From NCBI GenBank assembly GCA_965228855.1, contig CBDDIJ010000003.1, positions 704,001-768,000 on the forward strand: a DNA stretch of 64,000 bases. Direction: 5' to 3'. The number at the start of each line of letters is the position of its first letter. Position 1 is the first letter of the stretch. Of this stretch, positions 35,849 through 45,936 are shown piece by piece. Under the pieces are notes generated by a model that was given only the letters and a program-made list of their open reading frames with translations, searched no databases and was not told the origin of the DNA. This DNA is from Candidatus Obscuribacterales bacterium (lineage in GTDB: Bacteria; Cyanobacteriota; Vampirovibrionia; Obscuribacterales; Obscuribacteraceae). The translations under genes were made by a program, and so were the position numbers.

Positions 35849-37282
35849 TTATTTCTGATTCGACATTTGTTTGCTATGTCGTTTCGCCTGGCGCTTATAA
35901 ACACTGACGTAAGAAGAGCTCTGGAAATCATTCTCGTAGATTTCCATAATTTCGGTGATCTCCTCGCGCCGTCGCTTGGCTCTCGAATTTATGGACACTG
36001 CCCTTTCCATCGACCGGGTCGCCGCCGACTTATCTCCTGCGACGTCCTGGGCAATCGAAAGCAAAATCCAACCATCGACAAACTTTGGATTAATGGAGAT
36101 GACTTTATGGAGCAGTTCTTCTGCTCTGTCCGGCTTGTCATCCAGAAGATAAAACTGCGCGAGAGTGATATACGGACATTCGAAGCTCGGGTACTTTTCA
36201 ATGCACTCCTTCGCCTGCACAACACACGTTTTGTAAGCTGCGGCAACGAGAAGATCGTGTGCTTCATTATTCAGTTTGCGTGCTTCGAAGGGAACGAAAT
36301 CTTTTGGAAGCAAGGTCTCTATATCTTGAGTAGCTTGCTCTTGAACCCGGCGTTCACCGCGCTCCTTTGCCAATGTCAAAAGCATTCTACTGCGATTGGG
36401 GCGACCCATGAGCCGATCCGTCGTACCGAGTTTCAGGTACTGCTCTGGGGCAAGGGATTCCGGAAGTCTTTCGTAAATGTTTTCATCACGCTCGATCGTA
36501 AACTTCAGTTCCTTTCCATTTCTAGAGACGCTAATCGCAACCTCTGTTCCGGGAGAACCAGATAATCGCTTCGCAATACTCTCTGTTGATTCCCCCTTCA
36601 CAGCGACGCCGTCTATCATGAGAATCTCGTCACCAATTGCGATGCCGGTAATTGAAGCGGGCGTAAATCTTTTCACGTCGGTGATTTTGCATCCACTGGT
36701 GACCAGCCCGGTTGCTCCGACGACATCCGCCGGCGGTCGCTGTGTGAGTTCGACTTCAACAGCGTTAGAAGATGTGATGGCAGACTGAATCGAAGCTTTC
36801 TCGGCTTTCTTTTCATTCAACATCAGAAAAGTAATGGATGTGATCGTAATTACAGCGACCAACAAAGCGATGACTGAGGTGATTTTGAAAACAGTCCTAT
36901 CCCGTTTTTCATCTCTCGGCTCGAACTCCTTTTGCATTACCGCCTGGAGATCGAGCAGCGCTTTCTTGTCATCCGCAGGCTCAGCGAGTTTTCTCGCCAC
37001 CACCGAATGTGGTGCAGAAGGAGGCGCAGAAGTAAGAACTATCTGAGGAAAGTCGCATCGGCACGAGTTCTCCTTAAATATCCACTGAGTCATCGAACCT
37101 GCTCGCTTCGTCTCTACTTTCTTACCGCAACTCTGGCACCATTCGATCGCTTCTTGCTCAGTCGTGGAAGATTGTATTAAAGCGTCACACTGGCAAAGTG
37201 AGACCCATTGAGTAATGGTGGCACCCTTGGTGCCAGTTTTAGGCTTGCCGCACTTTACACATGTTTCGGAAGTTTGGTCCAT
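35849..37282 (-). CDS. Membrane protein: Cys-rich repeats, TM, PDZ, TPR
   Basis: Two CxxCGK...TQW...CxC units; TPA...[12 protein letters not shown] motif; TPRs. Confidence 0.8.
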   Translation of the reverse strand: MDQTSETCVKCGKPKTGTKGATITQWVSLCQCDALIQSSTTEQEAIEWCQSCGKKVETKRAGSMTQWIFKENSCRCDFPQIVLTSAPPSAPHSVVARKLAEPADDKKALLDLQAVMQKEFEPRDEKRDRTVFKITSVIALLVAVITITSITFLMLNEKKAEKASIQSAITSSNAVEVELTQRPPADVVGATGLVTSGCKITDVKRFTPASITGIAIGDEILMIDGVAVKGESTESIAKRLSGSPGTEVAISVSRNGKELKFTIERDENIYERLPESLAPEQYLKLGTTDRLMGRPNRSRMLLTLAKERGERRVQEQATQDIETLLPKDFVPFEARKLNNEAHDLLVAAAYKTCVVQAKECIEKYPSFECPYITLAQFYLLDDKPDRAEELLHKVISINPKFVDGWILLSIAQDVAGDKSAATRSMERAVSINSRAKRRREEITEIMEIYENDFQSSSYVSVYKRQAKRHSKQMSNQK

Positions 37283-37322
37283 CGCCGTTTTATGTTTCTA
37301 ATTCGCCACGACAATTTGGCGG

Positions 37323-38117
37323 CTATTTATCAGGTCTTTCAATCAGAAGGTCAGCCATTACTTTTCGATCGTATTTGAAGGGATAAGCGGATATTCTCAT
37401 ATAACCCTTGTAGGGATTGCTGAAGAGCGCCACAAGCAAAACGTTTAACGAAAGTGCGAGCGCAACTAGAGCCGTCATGAAGACCTGCGCTTTAGCGTCT
37501 TCTACTTCGAACATGTAGGTAAACAGAACGGTCAGAGAGCCGCCCGCAATTAAAACACCCCACATAATCTCAGGAAGCCCAGCTTTAGCTTTTTGAATGC
37601 GAAACCTTCTGCCGTCCGACAAGTCTTGCATCTCGTCTAAAATGTTTTGATAGGAATTCTGTTCTCGCCCGGTTTGTGGCTCAAAATCGACGATAGTCCA
37701 CCAGATTTGCCGAAACTCATGGCGAGCCGACTCCGCGAAGCTACCGTCATCGGTGGCTGCTTCCCACTCATCTTCGTCGACTAGACGCATGTATTCCTGC
37801 AGGTGACCGTGCAGCTTTTTTCGTGTGTCTACTGGCATTGTGTATGCCAGGTGAAACAGATCGAGGCACGAGTCCGCCTCTTGTTGCGTCATCTCTTTAG
37901 CCTGCTGATATTTCGCCTGCGTGTCTACGACAATGAGACCGAGTAAAACCGAATACAAAGTCCCGACAATTGATAAGAGATAGCCGGCTACCTCATGATT
38001 ACTTTTCAAGCGACCCTGTGTGACGCTGTTGCGAACCAGCAAAACGCCGAGCGAAGCAAAGAGAACCGCGCCGCCGACCACGGCTATTCCGAACAACCAA
38101 GCATCAATCATGACCAA
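37323..38117 (-). CDS. DUF4239-like membrane protein
   Basis: GTLYSVLLG, EW and NPY patterns with 4 TM helices. Confidence 0.75.
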   Translation of the reverse strand: MVMIDAWLFGIAVVGGAVLFASLGVLLVRNSVTQGRLKSNHEVAGYLLSIVGTLYSVLLGLIVVDTQAKYQQAKEMTQQEADSCLDLFHLAYTMPVDTRKKLHGHLQEYMRLVDEDEWEAATDDGSFAESARHEFRQIWWTIVDFEPQTGREQNSYQNILDEMQDLSDGRRFRIQKAKAGLPEIMWGVLIAGGSLTVLFTYMFEVEDAKAQVFMTALVALALSLNVLLVALFSNPYKGYMRISAYPFKYDRKVMADLLIERPDK

Positions 38118-38253
38118 CTCCGAATCGGATATCTAATCCTATGGCATTCCGTCTCATCCGTCAAAGAGGTCGAGGGTTTAAACGACCACTCGTTTCCGAG
38201 GCAGGTCGGAAACGAGTGATGTTTTCAGAGTTGCTCTTTGCTCTGTCGTTTAT

Positions 38254-39363
38254 CTAGTTCTTCTTGCGTTCTCTTCGTTTGTTTTCGTCATCATCGCGAT
38301 TTTGCTCGCGGCGTTGCTGTGCAGCATCGCGTTTTTGCTGAGCTTCGTTGCGGCGATGTTCAGCTTCCCTGCGTTGATCGTTGGAACTGTCGTGTCGCTG
38401 GGGCTGAGCGTCTGTGCGCTGCTGTGATTCGCTACGTTGTTGGGGGCGTTGCTGTTCGCTCCTCGGTGATTCGCGCCTTTGTTGTTGCGGCTGCTGCGGT
38501 GCCTCGTTGTTTATGCGCGTTCTACTCTTATCGATGTTCGTTGTTTCGTTTCGGTTGTTCGTTGTGTTATTGATTATCGTCGTGTTGTTGATTTGATTGA
38601 TGATTGTTTGATTCGTAGGACGTTTTGGCGACCAGTCGTTGTCGCCTCGGCTGCGATAATAGTCGCGAGTTTTGTTTATCTCAATATCCAGCCTGAAACC
38701 TGGCGGTGCGTTTTGCGGACGCCAGTCATTATCTGGACACCAGCGTGGGTCGTGCCTGCGAACTCTTTCTCTACCGATTTCGATTTCGAGATTGAACGAG
38801 AAGCCCGGATTGTTTCTCTCACCGATTACAACCGGTGGTGGTGGCGGTGGTGCCTCGACAACCACCACTTGTTGTGGTGGCAAAGCCTGAACCTCCGGTC
38901 CGATATGATTGTCCACTCTGGCAACGACGTCGCGTTTCTCCCATTCTTGTCCCGTTTGCGGGCTTCGGTATCTGGTTGCCATGTCGACCTCAACCGCAGT
39001 CGGACGGCCTAGCACATCACCATTCTGGTAAATGGGATTGAACTCGAGATGTGTCGGAGCACCTGTTGCTTTGTTCATCGCTCGAACTTCCCCAGCCAGA
39101 CCCATAAATTGCTCGTGGCTGAGAAAAATGTTTGCGTCTTCTCTCAAGCGACAGAGAGCATCGTCGTGTCTTCCCTGGCGCATCAAGTCATTGATTTGGA
39201 TAGCCTCACTTGTCGATACTTGTTGAACAACGGCGTTATAGTCGGCTCTCCCCATCGTGTTTGCATCAAAAGCGAGCAATTGTCGCGCCTGATTGCCACC
39301 ATCTCCAGTGTGCATCACGTTATTAATCAACGTTGCAGCCTGGTCAATTCGATCGTCACTCAT
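38254..39363 (-). CDS. Hypothetical protein with Pro-rich and Q/R/E/N-rich low-complexity tail
   Basis: AGGAG SD; long ORF. Confidence 0.7.
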   Translation of the reverse strand: MSDDRIDQAATLINNVMHTGDGGNQARQLLAFDANTMGRADYNAVVQQVSTSEAIQINDLMRQGRHDDALCRLREDANIFLSHEQFMGLAGEVRAMNKATGAPTHLEFNPIYQNGDVLGRPTAVEVDMATRYRSPQTGQEWEKRDVVARVDNHIGPEVQALPPQQVVVVEAPPPPPPVVIGERNNPGFSFNLEIEIGRERVRRHDPRWCPDNDWRPQNAPPGFRLDIEINKTRDYYRSRGDNDWSPKRPTNQTIINQINNTTIINNTTNNRNETTNIDKSRTRINNEAPQQPQQQRRESPRSEQQRPQQRSESQQRTDAQPQRHDSSNDQRREAEHRRNEAQQKRDAAQQRREQNRDDDENKRRERKKN

Positions 39364-39498
39364 TGAGCATTTCTCCTAAAACAAAGGCGCGCGAGGTGCG
39401 CGGGCAGCGGTTTTCATGGATTTAATGCTATTTTTGAATTGTGACTCACTTGTGACAAGTTTTGCGAAAGTCTGCGTATTTCACGCACAATAAATAAG

Positions 39499-39522
39499 AC
39501 AGGGAGGAAGTCCTCCCTGTCT
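39499..39522. terminator. Hairpin downstream of the pilin-like gene
   Basis: GACAGGGAGGA/TCCTCCCTGTC flanked by A-rich sequence. Confidence 0.55.
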
Positions 39523-39626
39523 AAACCACTTGCAAGCTGTGCTTGAAACTTACCGTGATGTTTTATTCCGATTATTGTTGGCTGTTCGATTCTGAATCGT
39601 GCGATCCACAGGAACTGAAGTTGAGT

Positions 39627-40145
39627 TTAGCTGAACAAGTTGGCGTCGCGTGCTGATGCAACCAGCCAGTTGATGCAACCTGGTGTTGCCAGTCCGCCAG
39701 TCACACCGGCAGCTCCGAAGAGCACTTTCTTCATAGCGTCTTGAGAGCCGGCAGCCATGTGCATGAAGCCCATGATCATCGTGGGACCGCCCCAGGCAAT
39801 ACCGAGGATCTCCATTCCGTTTGCGATGATGTTGAGCAACGCTTCTAAGTTGGCCAGGTTATTGACGCGAACCGTTCCGGCTGTGTTCACACCCATGATG
39901 GAGGTGGCATCACCGCCTTGTGGCCCGATAGTACCGTTGGTTGCGCCTTGGAGTATCGGTGACGCGCCGGCGTTGATTTGTTGTGTCTGAGCGCCCGTGT
40001 TGTAGTAGGTGTTGTTGCCGCCCTGGACTTCGCCCATTGTGGACTGCGAAGAGAACGCATCACCGTACGATTGTGCGTGTGCTGGTGCGCATGTGATACC
40101 AGCGAGGAGAGCGGTTGCAACTAGTAATTTTGTGAGGCTACGCAT
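39627..40145 (-). CDS. Secreted protein with TrbC/VirB2 pilin-like C-terminus
   Basis: Signal peptide (AHA); two hydrophobic helices separated by a short basic loop. Confidence 0.6.
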   Translation of the reverse strand: MRSLTKLLVATALLAGITCAPAHAQSYGDAFSSQSTMGEVQGGNNTYYNTGAQTQQINAGASPILQGATNGTIGPQGGDATSIMGVNTAGTVRVNNLANLEALLNIIANGMEILGIAWGGPTMIMGFMHMAAGSQDAMKKVLFGAAGVTGGLATPGCINWLVASARDANLFS

Positions 40146-40459
40146 GGTTAAAATACTCCACTATTAGAAGAGGTGTAGGTGGAAAGAAAAGAAACGACTT
40201 AGTAAGTTGCCCTGAGTGTATGCTTTTGGTATTTTGCTTGTCAAGCGAATGTGATCAACTCAAGCGTGAAGTTTGGCTATTCATGCGGATCACACTTGTG
40301 ATCGTTTCATGACATTTTTGGACCCTGGTTTGGAACGTCAGCTTGCGTGACTGTTTTCAGGTTTTCACCCTGATGTTTTTCTAACTCATGAAACCGTTCG
40401 ATCACAATTGTGTTGTGATCGAATACCTGAAGAAACAACATTTATATGACTGCGTGCTG

Positions 40460-42166
40460 TCACTTTGGCACCAGTCGCCACTCATCATTTTGTCGGACAT
40501 GAACCACATTTGTCCGATACCAGGGACGTTTGTCCGTGTCCTGTCCGTATCTCCAGCCTGCTACACGGTCTTGCTTGTCGAACTCTATCGCCAGAATTGG
40601 ATCCGGAGAATTACCGCAGTGAGGGACCAGGGTGAAAGACAGGTAGTACTTTATCTGATTGCATTCTGACCCTTCGCCGTCGTAATCCGGTTGTCCCAAA
40701 AATTTGTACAGCTCGGTTCTCCTCATTCCGATGACGTCCTGCTCCCGCAAAAAATCTCGCCATAAGTCCATCCGAGCGATCATTCCATCGCGGCTGGGCA
40801 TCCAGTCATATTTGTCAAATCCTTTTCTCCTGTTGTACAAGATGGCGTTTCTTCCATGAATACTAACGGAGTCATATTTTTGAGGAATGATAAATCTACC
40901 GTCTGGTCCGAGCAGTCCTACCTTCAGTTCGTTAGTCGCGAAATTTCGAGCTCCAATTGCTATGTAATTCTTCGAGTATCCGAAAATGGCATCGTATTTT
41001 GCTTCGACTAGGATGTGTCCGTGAGCGTCGACTACGCCATATTTCCTTATTGAGTCCCCGTCACCATTTTTTATTGAGGCTTCTTGTCTGAAGAACCTCC
41101 AAACATCATCTCCAATTGGGTCTTCAAGACGAACTCCTGAAGGTAAAACAGAGAGCAACTGTCCTTGAGCAGAAAACACATGTAGTCTTCCGTTTTTCAA
41201 GCCAAATATACGATCTTTGTCTCGCTTGAGGCTTTCGAATTCTGGCTTGAGAACGAACTCTCCGGAATGATCGACCATCCCGCATAGCTTGCTGCTCAGG
41301 GTAACAATCGCCAGACCGTTTTCGAAATGCTCGGTCCATCCGTCCTGAAAAGGTCCGGCAATAACCTTTTCGTTTTTATCGATCAAAGCACCGCAGATAG
41401 TACCATGATTATCTATGGTTACACTGGCAAAACCTTCGTTAAATTCCTCCGCGCCATAGTACTTTGGCTTGATCTGGTATTGACCTTTTCTATTCACGAA
41501 TCCAAATCGATTGCCATGTTTTAGCTCTACTAAAAGGAGGTCATCGTGATACTCGCGAGTTCGCACAACTAGTTCTTGAGGTAGGTCTGCAATGAAATTT
41601 GCCTTCTCATCGTAGAGCTTGTAGACGCGAACGCCTTCAGGTGTGAAGGTGTCCTGCAGGAAACGGTCGGTCCAGACCGGTCTCACATCTCCTCCGTTAC
41701 CGACTCCGTTGGGAGAAAAGATAATCCGTCCATTTTGATCGCAGATACCGAAGTGTCCATCTTTTTCGAACCGATAGTATCCCAGACCGAGGTTCTCGCG
41801 CATCTTGGCGCCCGGAACCTGAACCTGCGCGAGCTCTTTGAATGATACGTCCGGAGCTATCGAGCTAGGAACCACTGATGGTGGCGGAAGGGGAAACCGC
41901 TCGTCATAAAGTTTAGCCCCAGCGGGCGTCGGAATTAGGGCTCCCTTCTGATTGACAAAGAAGGGAACGACATCTTTAGGATTGCCTTTCGGAGTTATTC
42001 TGAAACAGTCTTTCGACATCCACCGAATATCGCCATAGACAGGGGGTATCTTGCCGTCTAAATTTGCTAGCCCGAAGTCGTCAGCATCTGCAGTCTGCGT
42101 AAAACTTGCCAGGATGGACAGAGCGGCTGATAGACCGAGCCTTATCCGGTTCTCGAAAGCTGGCAT
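40460..42166 (-). CDS. WG-repeat (KWG) protein
   Basis: FGFVNRKG...IKPKY...FNEGFA repeats. Confidence 0.88.
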   Translation of the reverse strand: MPAFENRIRLGLSAALSILASFTQTADADDFGLANLDGKIPPVYGDIRWMSKDCFRITPKGNPKDVVPFFVNQKGALIPTPAGAKLYDERFPLPPPSVVPSSIAPDVSFKELAQVQVPGAKMRENLGLGYYRFEKDGHFGICDQNGRIIFSPNGVGNGGDVRPVWTDRFLQDTFTPEGVRVYKLYDEKANFIADLPQELVVRTREYHDDLLLVELKHGNRFGFVNRKGQYQIKPKYYGAEEFNEGFASVTIDNHGTICGALIDKNEKVIAGPFQDGWTEHFENGLAIVTLSSKLCGMVDHSGEFVLKPEFESLKRDKDRIFGLKNGRLHVFSAQGQLLSVLPSGVRLEDPIGDDVWRFFRQEASIKNGDGDSIRKYGVVDAHGHILVEAKYDAIFGYSKNYIAIGARNFATNELKVGLLGPDGRFIIPQKYDSVSIHGRNAILYNRRKGFDKYDWMPSRDGMIARMDLWRDFLREQDVIGMRRTELYKFLGQPDYDGEGSECNQIKYYLSFTLVPHCGNSPDPILAIEFDKQDRVAGWRYGQDTDKRPWYRTNVVHVRQNDEWRLVPK

Positions 42167-42296
42167 GCGTAAAGATCCGTGGGGGCACAAAAAGCATCCT
42201 AACACTTATTTGTTATGGTAGCTTCAGCTAAACCGGACCAATCACCTTCAGGCAAACTGATACCTGCGCCAATCTCGCGTAAACAGTTTGGCGCGC

Positions 42297-43532
42297 CTAT
42301 CCGTTTGGTTTAACTATAAGTTGTTGCAGACCGCGCAGCGCAAAAGGCGCTTTATAATGGATGGGAGCGTCCGCAAGAGCGAGGTTTGGAGCGCGCTCGA
42401 ATAGACGGCGAAGCGCAATGCGCGCCTCTGTTCTCGCCAGCTCTGCGCCGAGACAGTAGTGAATGCCTGCTCCAAATGAAATGTGTTTTGGATTTTCGCG
42501 CTGGACGTCGAATTTGTCAGGGTTGGAATTTGCGCGAGGGTCTCTGTTGCAAGCGCCAATCAAAATTGTCAGCGCCTGGTCTGGCTTCAACTTCACTCCG
42601 CCGACTTCCATGTTTTCTTTGGCGAGGCGACGGACTATCTGTACTGGCGGATCATATCTGAGGATTTCTTCTACCGCACTGTTCATAAGACCTGGATTAT
42701 CCATCAACAGCTGCTTTTGAACAGGGTGAGTAAGTAAGTTTAGTGTGCCGTTGCCGATCAAGTTGACCGTGGTTTCATGACCTGCAATCAGTATCAAAAT
42801 TGCATTCGATAAAAGCTCTTTCTTTGACAATCTGTCGTTATCTTCCTGCGCCTGGACGAGCGTAGAAATGATGTCATTCTTTGGCGCTTTACGCTTTTCG
42901 TCGATGGCTGCGCTGAGATATTTTTTCAAACCCTGGGTTGCCGCGATCGAATTGAAAATTTTCATCGGACAGCCTGAACCGTCTAGACCCAGCGTAATTT
43001 TTGTAGACCATTCTTTAAACTGATGGCGGTCGGAAGTGGGCACACCAAGGAGTTCTGCAATGACAGTAACTGGAAGAAGAAAGGCGTATTCGGAAACTAA
43101 ATCTGCCGATTCTTTTTTGAGTAAGTCATCGAGCAACCGGTCGGCAATCGACGTGATGTGTTCTTCCAGCGCATGAATTACTTTAGGCGTAAATGCTTTG
43201 TTTACGAGAGATCTTACGCGAGTGTGATCGGGTGGATCCTGCAACAGCATATTCGTTGTAGGTCTAATTATTTTTAGTGCGCCACGCAGCAGTAGATTCG
43301 GGTGTTTCCATCTATCGAGACGTTTGCCGAAACGGTTGTCTCGCAGAATAGCACTGGCAACTTCATACTGAGTGACCAACCACTGGTCTCCAGCCGGGCT
43401 CCAGATGATTGGACCACTCTCGCACATCTCCGCTAGGCGACCATAGGGCGCGTCCAGCAGCTGCGGCGAGACGTTTATAAGTGGGTCAAAAACTTCGTTT
43501 TTTTGCTTGAGCATAGTTGTATTCATAGCCAT
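42297..43532 (-). CDS. Cytochrome P450
   Basis: DPPDHTR, AGHETT, EEILRY, FGAGIHYCLG. Confidence 0.97.
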   Translation of the reverse strand: MAMNTTMLKQKNEVFDPLINVSPQLLDAPYGRLAEMCESGPIIWSPAGDQWLVTQYEVASAILRDNRFGKRLDRWKHPNLLLRGALKIIRPTTNMLLQDPPDHTRVRSLVNKAFTPKVIHALEEHITSIADRLLDDLLKKESADLVSEYAFLLPVTVIAELLGVPTSDRHQFKEWSTKITLGLDGSGCPMKIFNSIAATQGLKKYLSAAIDEKRKAPKNDIISTLVQAQEDNDRLSKKELLSNAILILIAGHETTVNLIGNGTLNLLTHPVQKQLLMDNPGLMNSAVEEILRYDPPVQIVRRLAKENMEVGGVKLKPDQALTILIGACNRDPRANSNPDKFDVQRENPKHISFGAGIHYCLGAELARTEARIALRRLFERAPNLALADAPIHYKAPFALRGLQQLIVKPNG

Positions 43533-43623
43533 TCTCTTCTATCGGGGCGGTCAAAATCAATATGTGATTTGACCCAAGAAGTTGCGCTCGAATAGCTAAT
43601 TAAATGTGAAAAACGTCGCGATT

Positions 43624-43896
43624 CTATTCTCCCCCGCCGCAAACCTTGCACGGTACTCCGCCCTGTGCCTTGGCCTCCGAGCGTTTGACGGCAATACAAT
43701 GTGTGCATCGCTTGAGGTGAATGCAGCTTGGTGTGTGATATTTCTTCGAATTTGTATTTATGTAGACAGTGTCATTTCCGTCGGCAAGCGCCCGAGTGTG
43801 GGGATTTTCGCTATTGGCGGCGAAAGTGCTGGTCGCCTGGATAGATGTGCCTCCCAGAGCCAGCACGACTGCAATAATTGCGGTCACGGTTCTCAT
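43624..43896 (-). CDS. Small secreted protein with Ada-like metal-binding motif
   Basis: VYI...KKYH...C...A...G..PCKVC. Confidence 0.75.
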   Translation of the reverse strand: MRTVTAIIAVVLALGGTSIQATSTFAANSENPHTRALADGNDTVYINTNSKKYHTPSCIHLKRCTHCIAVKRSEAKAQGGVPCKVCGGGE

Positions 43897-44048
43897 TATT
43901 CAACTCCCGAATCAGGCGAAATCGCCTGCTTTCTGACAGACCCAGAACCAATATGCCACTTGAAACCAAAGTTGACACTCTGGGCGTTGCAAGCTTGCCG
44001 CTGATGGGCGTTTGCTAAAATTGCCATGGGCAACAACAGAGGCATCTT

Positions 44049-44915
44049 ATGGATATTGCTTACATCGGTATGGGAATTATGGGATCTGCTATGGCTGCCA
44101 ATTTAGCCAAGGCAGGACACAATGTAAGAGTGTGGAATCGAAGTAAAGACCGAGAGACACTGAAGAATGCAGTGAAATCGGGATGCACCAGTTGTGATAC
44201 CATTCAAAATGCAGTTCAAAATAGCAAGATCGTTTTCACTTGCGTAAGCGATGTTCAAGACCTCGATGAGATTATCACCGCAGAAGGTGGCATTCTATCA
44301 TCCGCCGCGCCGGAGACTCTGGTAATTGACACCGCTACCGTTGGCCCGGCTGCGGCTAAAGCGTTTGCCGAAAAACTCGCTATGAAAGACATTCGATTTC
44401 TCGATGCTCCTGTAACTGGCGGCGATGTTGGCGCTCGCAACGCCACTCTGACCATCATGGTCGGCGGTTCTCAAACAGATTTTGACGAAGCCTTACCCGT
44501 ACTCAATGTCATTGGGAAAAATGTCAAATACTGCGGACCTACAGGAAGCGGTCAAGCCCTCAAGTTGTGCAATCAAATTCTATGCGCGATCAACATGATT
44601 GGAATAACTGAGGCGTTGATGCTGGCAAAGCAGTTCGGTCTTGATGAGAACATGGTGCCGGAAATCCTGGGTACCGGTGCCGGTGGATCATGGGCTCTGG
44701 CAAACCTTGCTCCTCGGATAATTAAGGATGACTTCGAGCCAGGCTTTCGAATCAAAGACATTTTGAAAGACTTGCGATTGGTTCATGAAAATAGCACCGC
44801 GGACGGTGCCGGGTCCGAACTCCCTGGTACCGCGCTTGCGAGCGAGCGTTTTGAAGCTGCTGCCCGCGCAGTGGGTCTGGATAAAGGAACGCAGGCGATG
44901 CTTAAGGGCTACTGA
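44049..44915 (+). CDS. 3-hydroxyisobutyrate / tartronate semialdehyde reductase family
   Basis: IGMGIMG, DAPVTGG, KLCNQ, KDL. Confidence 0.93.
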   Translation: MDIAYIGMGIMGSAMAANLAKAGHNVRVWNRSKDRETLKNAVKSGCTSCDTIQNAVQNSKIVFTCVSDVQDLDEIITAEGGILSSAAPETLVIDTATVGPAAAKAFAEKLAMKDIRFLDAPVTGGDVGARNATLTIMVGGSQTDFDEALPVLNVIGKNVKYCGPTGSGQALKLCNQILCAINMIGITEALMLAKQFGLDENMVPEILGTGAGGSWALANLAPRIIKDDFEPGFRIKDILKDLRLVHENSTADGAGSELPGTALASERFEAAARAVGLDKGTQAMLKGY

Positions 44916-45898
44916 GTAGATCCAAGTTTTAAACTCAACCATTCATCGTTGTATATGGTGCTCAAGTAGCCACGACCTCCGTCCGGAAGAATGGCAACTA
45001 TGTTCTTGTTCTCTCCGCTCAATCGTCTTGCATACTCGACCGCGGCCGCGATAATGCACCCGGAGGAGCTGCCGAGAAATAGACCTTCTGTTGCGAGAAC
45101 CTTTTTCGACATCGCTACGGCGTCCTTGTCCGCAACACGAACAACGTCGTCTACCAGCGAGATGTCGAAGTTGCCGGGTATAAAATCTTGACCTATGCCT
45201 TCCACCAAGTATGAACCGCTTTTAGATTCCTTGCCTTGGACAAGATCGGCAAGGGAACTACCGATAGGATCGGCAAGCACCACCTGTACCGCAGGTTTAT
45301 GCTCTTTCAAGTATCGCCCGGTCCCGCTGAGGGTGCCACCGGTGCCGACACCTGCGACAAGTGCGTCAACATCTCCACCAGTTTGATTCCAAACCTCGGG
45401 TCCTGTGGATTGGTAATGAGCTTCTGCATTTGTCTCGTTGTAGAACTGGTTGGCAAGCCATCCTCCTGTTTCCTCCGCCATCTTTCGCGCCCGGTTCATA
45501 AAGTTGTCCGGATCTGAGATCGGTTTTCCGCCCGGCAGAACGACAGTTTCTGCGCCCAATGCTTTGAGAAAATTGACTTTGTCCTTACTGACCTTCTCCG
45601 ACATGACAGTGATCAATTTGTATCCGCGAACTGCTGCCACCTGAGCCAATCCGATGCCGGTATTGCCGGCGGTGGCTTCAATAATCGTTCCGCCAGGTTT
45701 CAGTCGGCCGGTCTCTTCGGCTTTGCGCACCATGTAGAACGCGATGCGATCTTTTACCGACCCGCCTGGATTGAGAAATTCACACTTGCCGAGAATTGTA
45801 TGTTTTAGATTTTCGCTCTGACAGAAGCGCGACAGTCTTATGATGGGAGTATTTCCGATAAGCTCTTCTAGAGAGTTTGCGATGGCTTTGTCTGTCAC
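44909..45898 (-). CDS. Cysteine synthase / cystathionine beta-synthase family PLP enzyme
   Basis: NPGGSVKDR, TAGNTG, GTGGT, EGIG. Confidence 0.94.
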   Translation of the reverse strand: MTDKAIANSLEELIGNTPIIRLSRFCQSENLKHTILGKCEFLNPGGSVKDRIAFYMVRKAEETGRLKPGGTIIEATAGNTGIGLAQVAAVRGYKLITVMSEKVSKDKVNFLKALGAETVVLPGGKPISDPDNFMNRARKMAEETGGWLANQFYNETNAEAHYQSTGPEVWNQTGGDVDALVAGVGTGGTLSGTGRYLKEHKPAVQVVLADPIGSSLADLVQGKESKSGSYLVEGIGQDFIPGNFDISLVDDVVRVADKDAVAMSKKVLATEGLFLGSSSGCIIAAAVEYARRLSGENKNIVAILPDGGRGYLSTIYNDEWLSLKLGSTQ

Positions 45899-45936
45899 TG
45901 TTTAATCCGATGGAGAGAACGCAGACAATCGTACCA

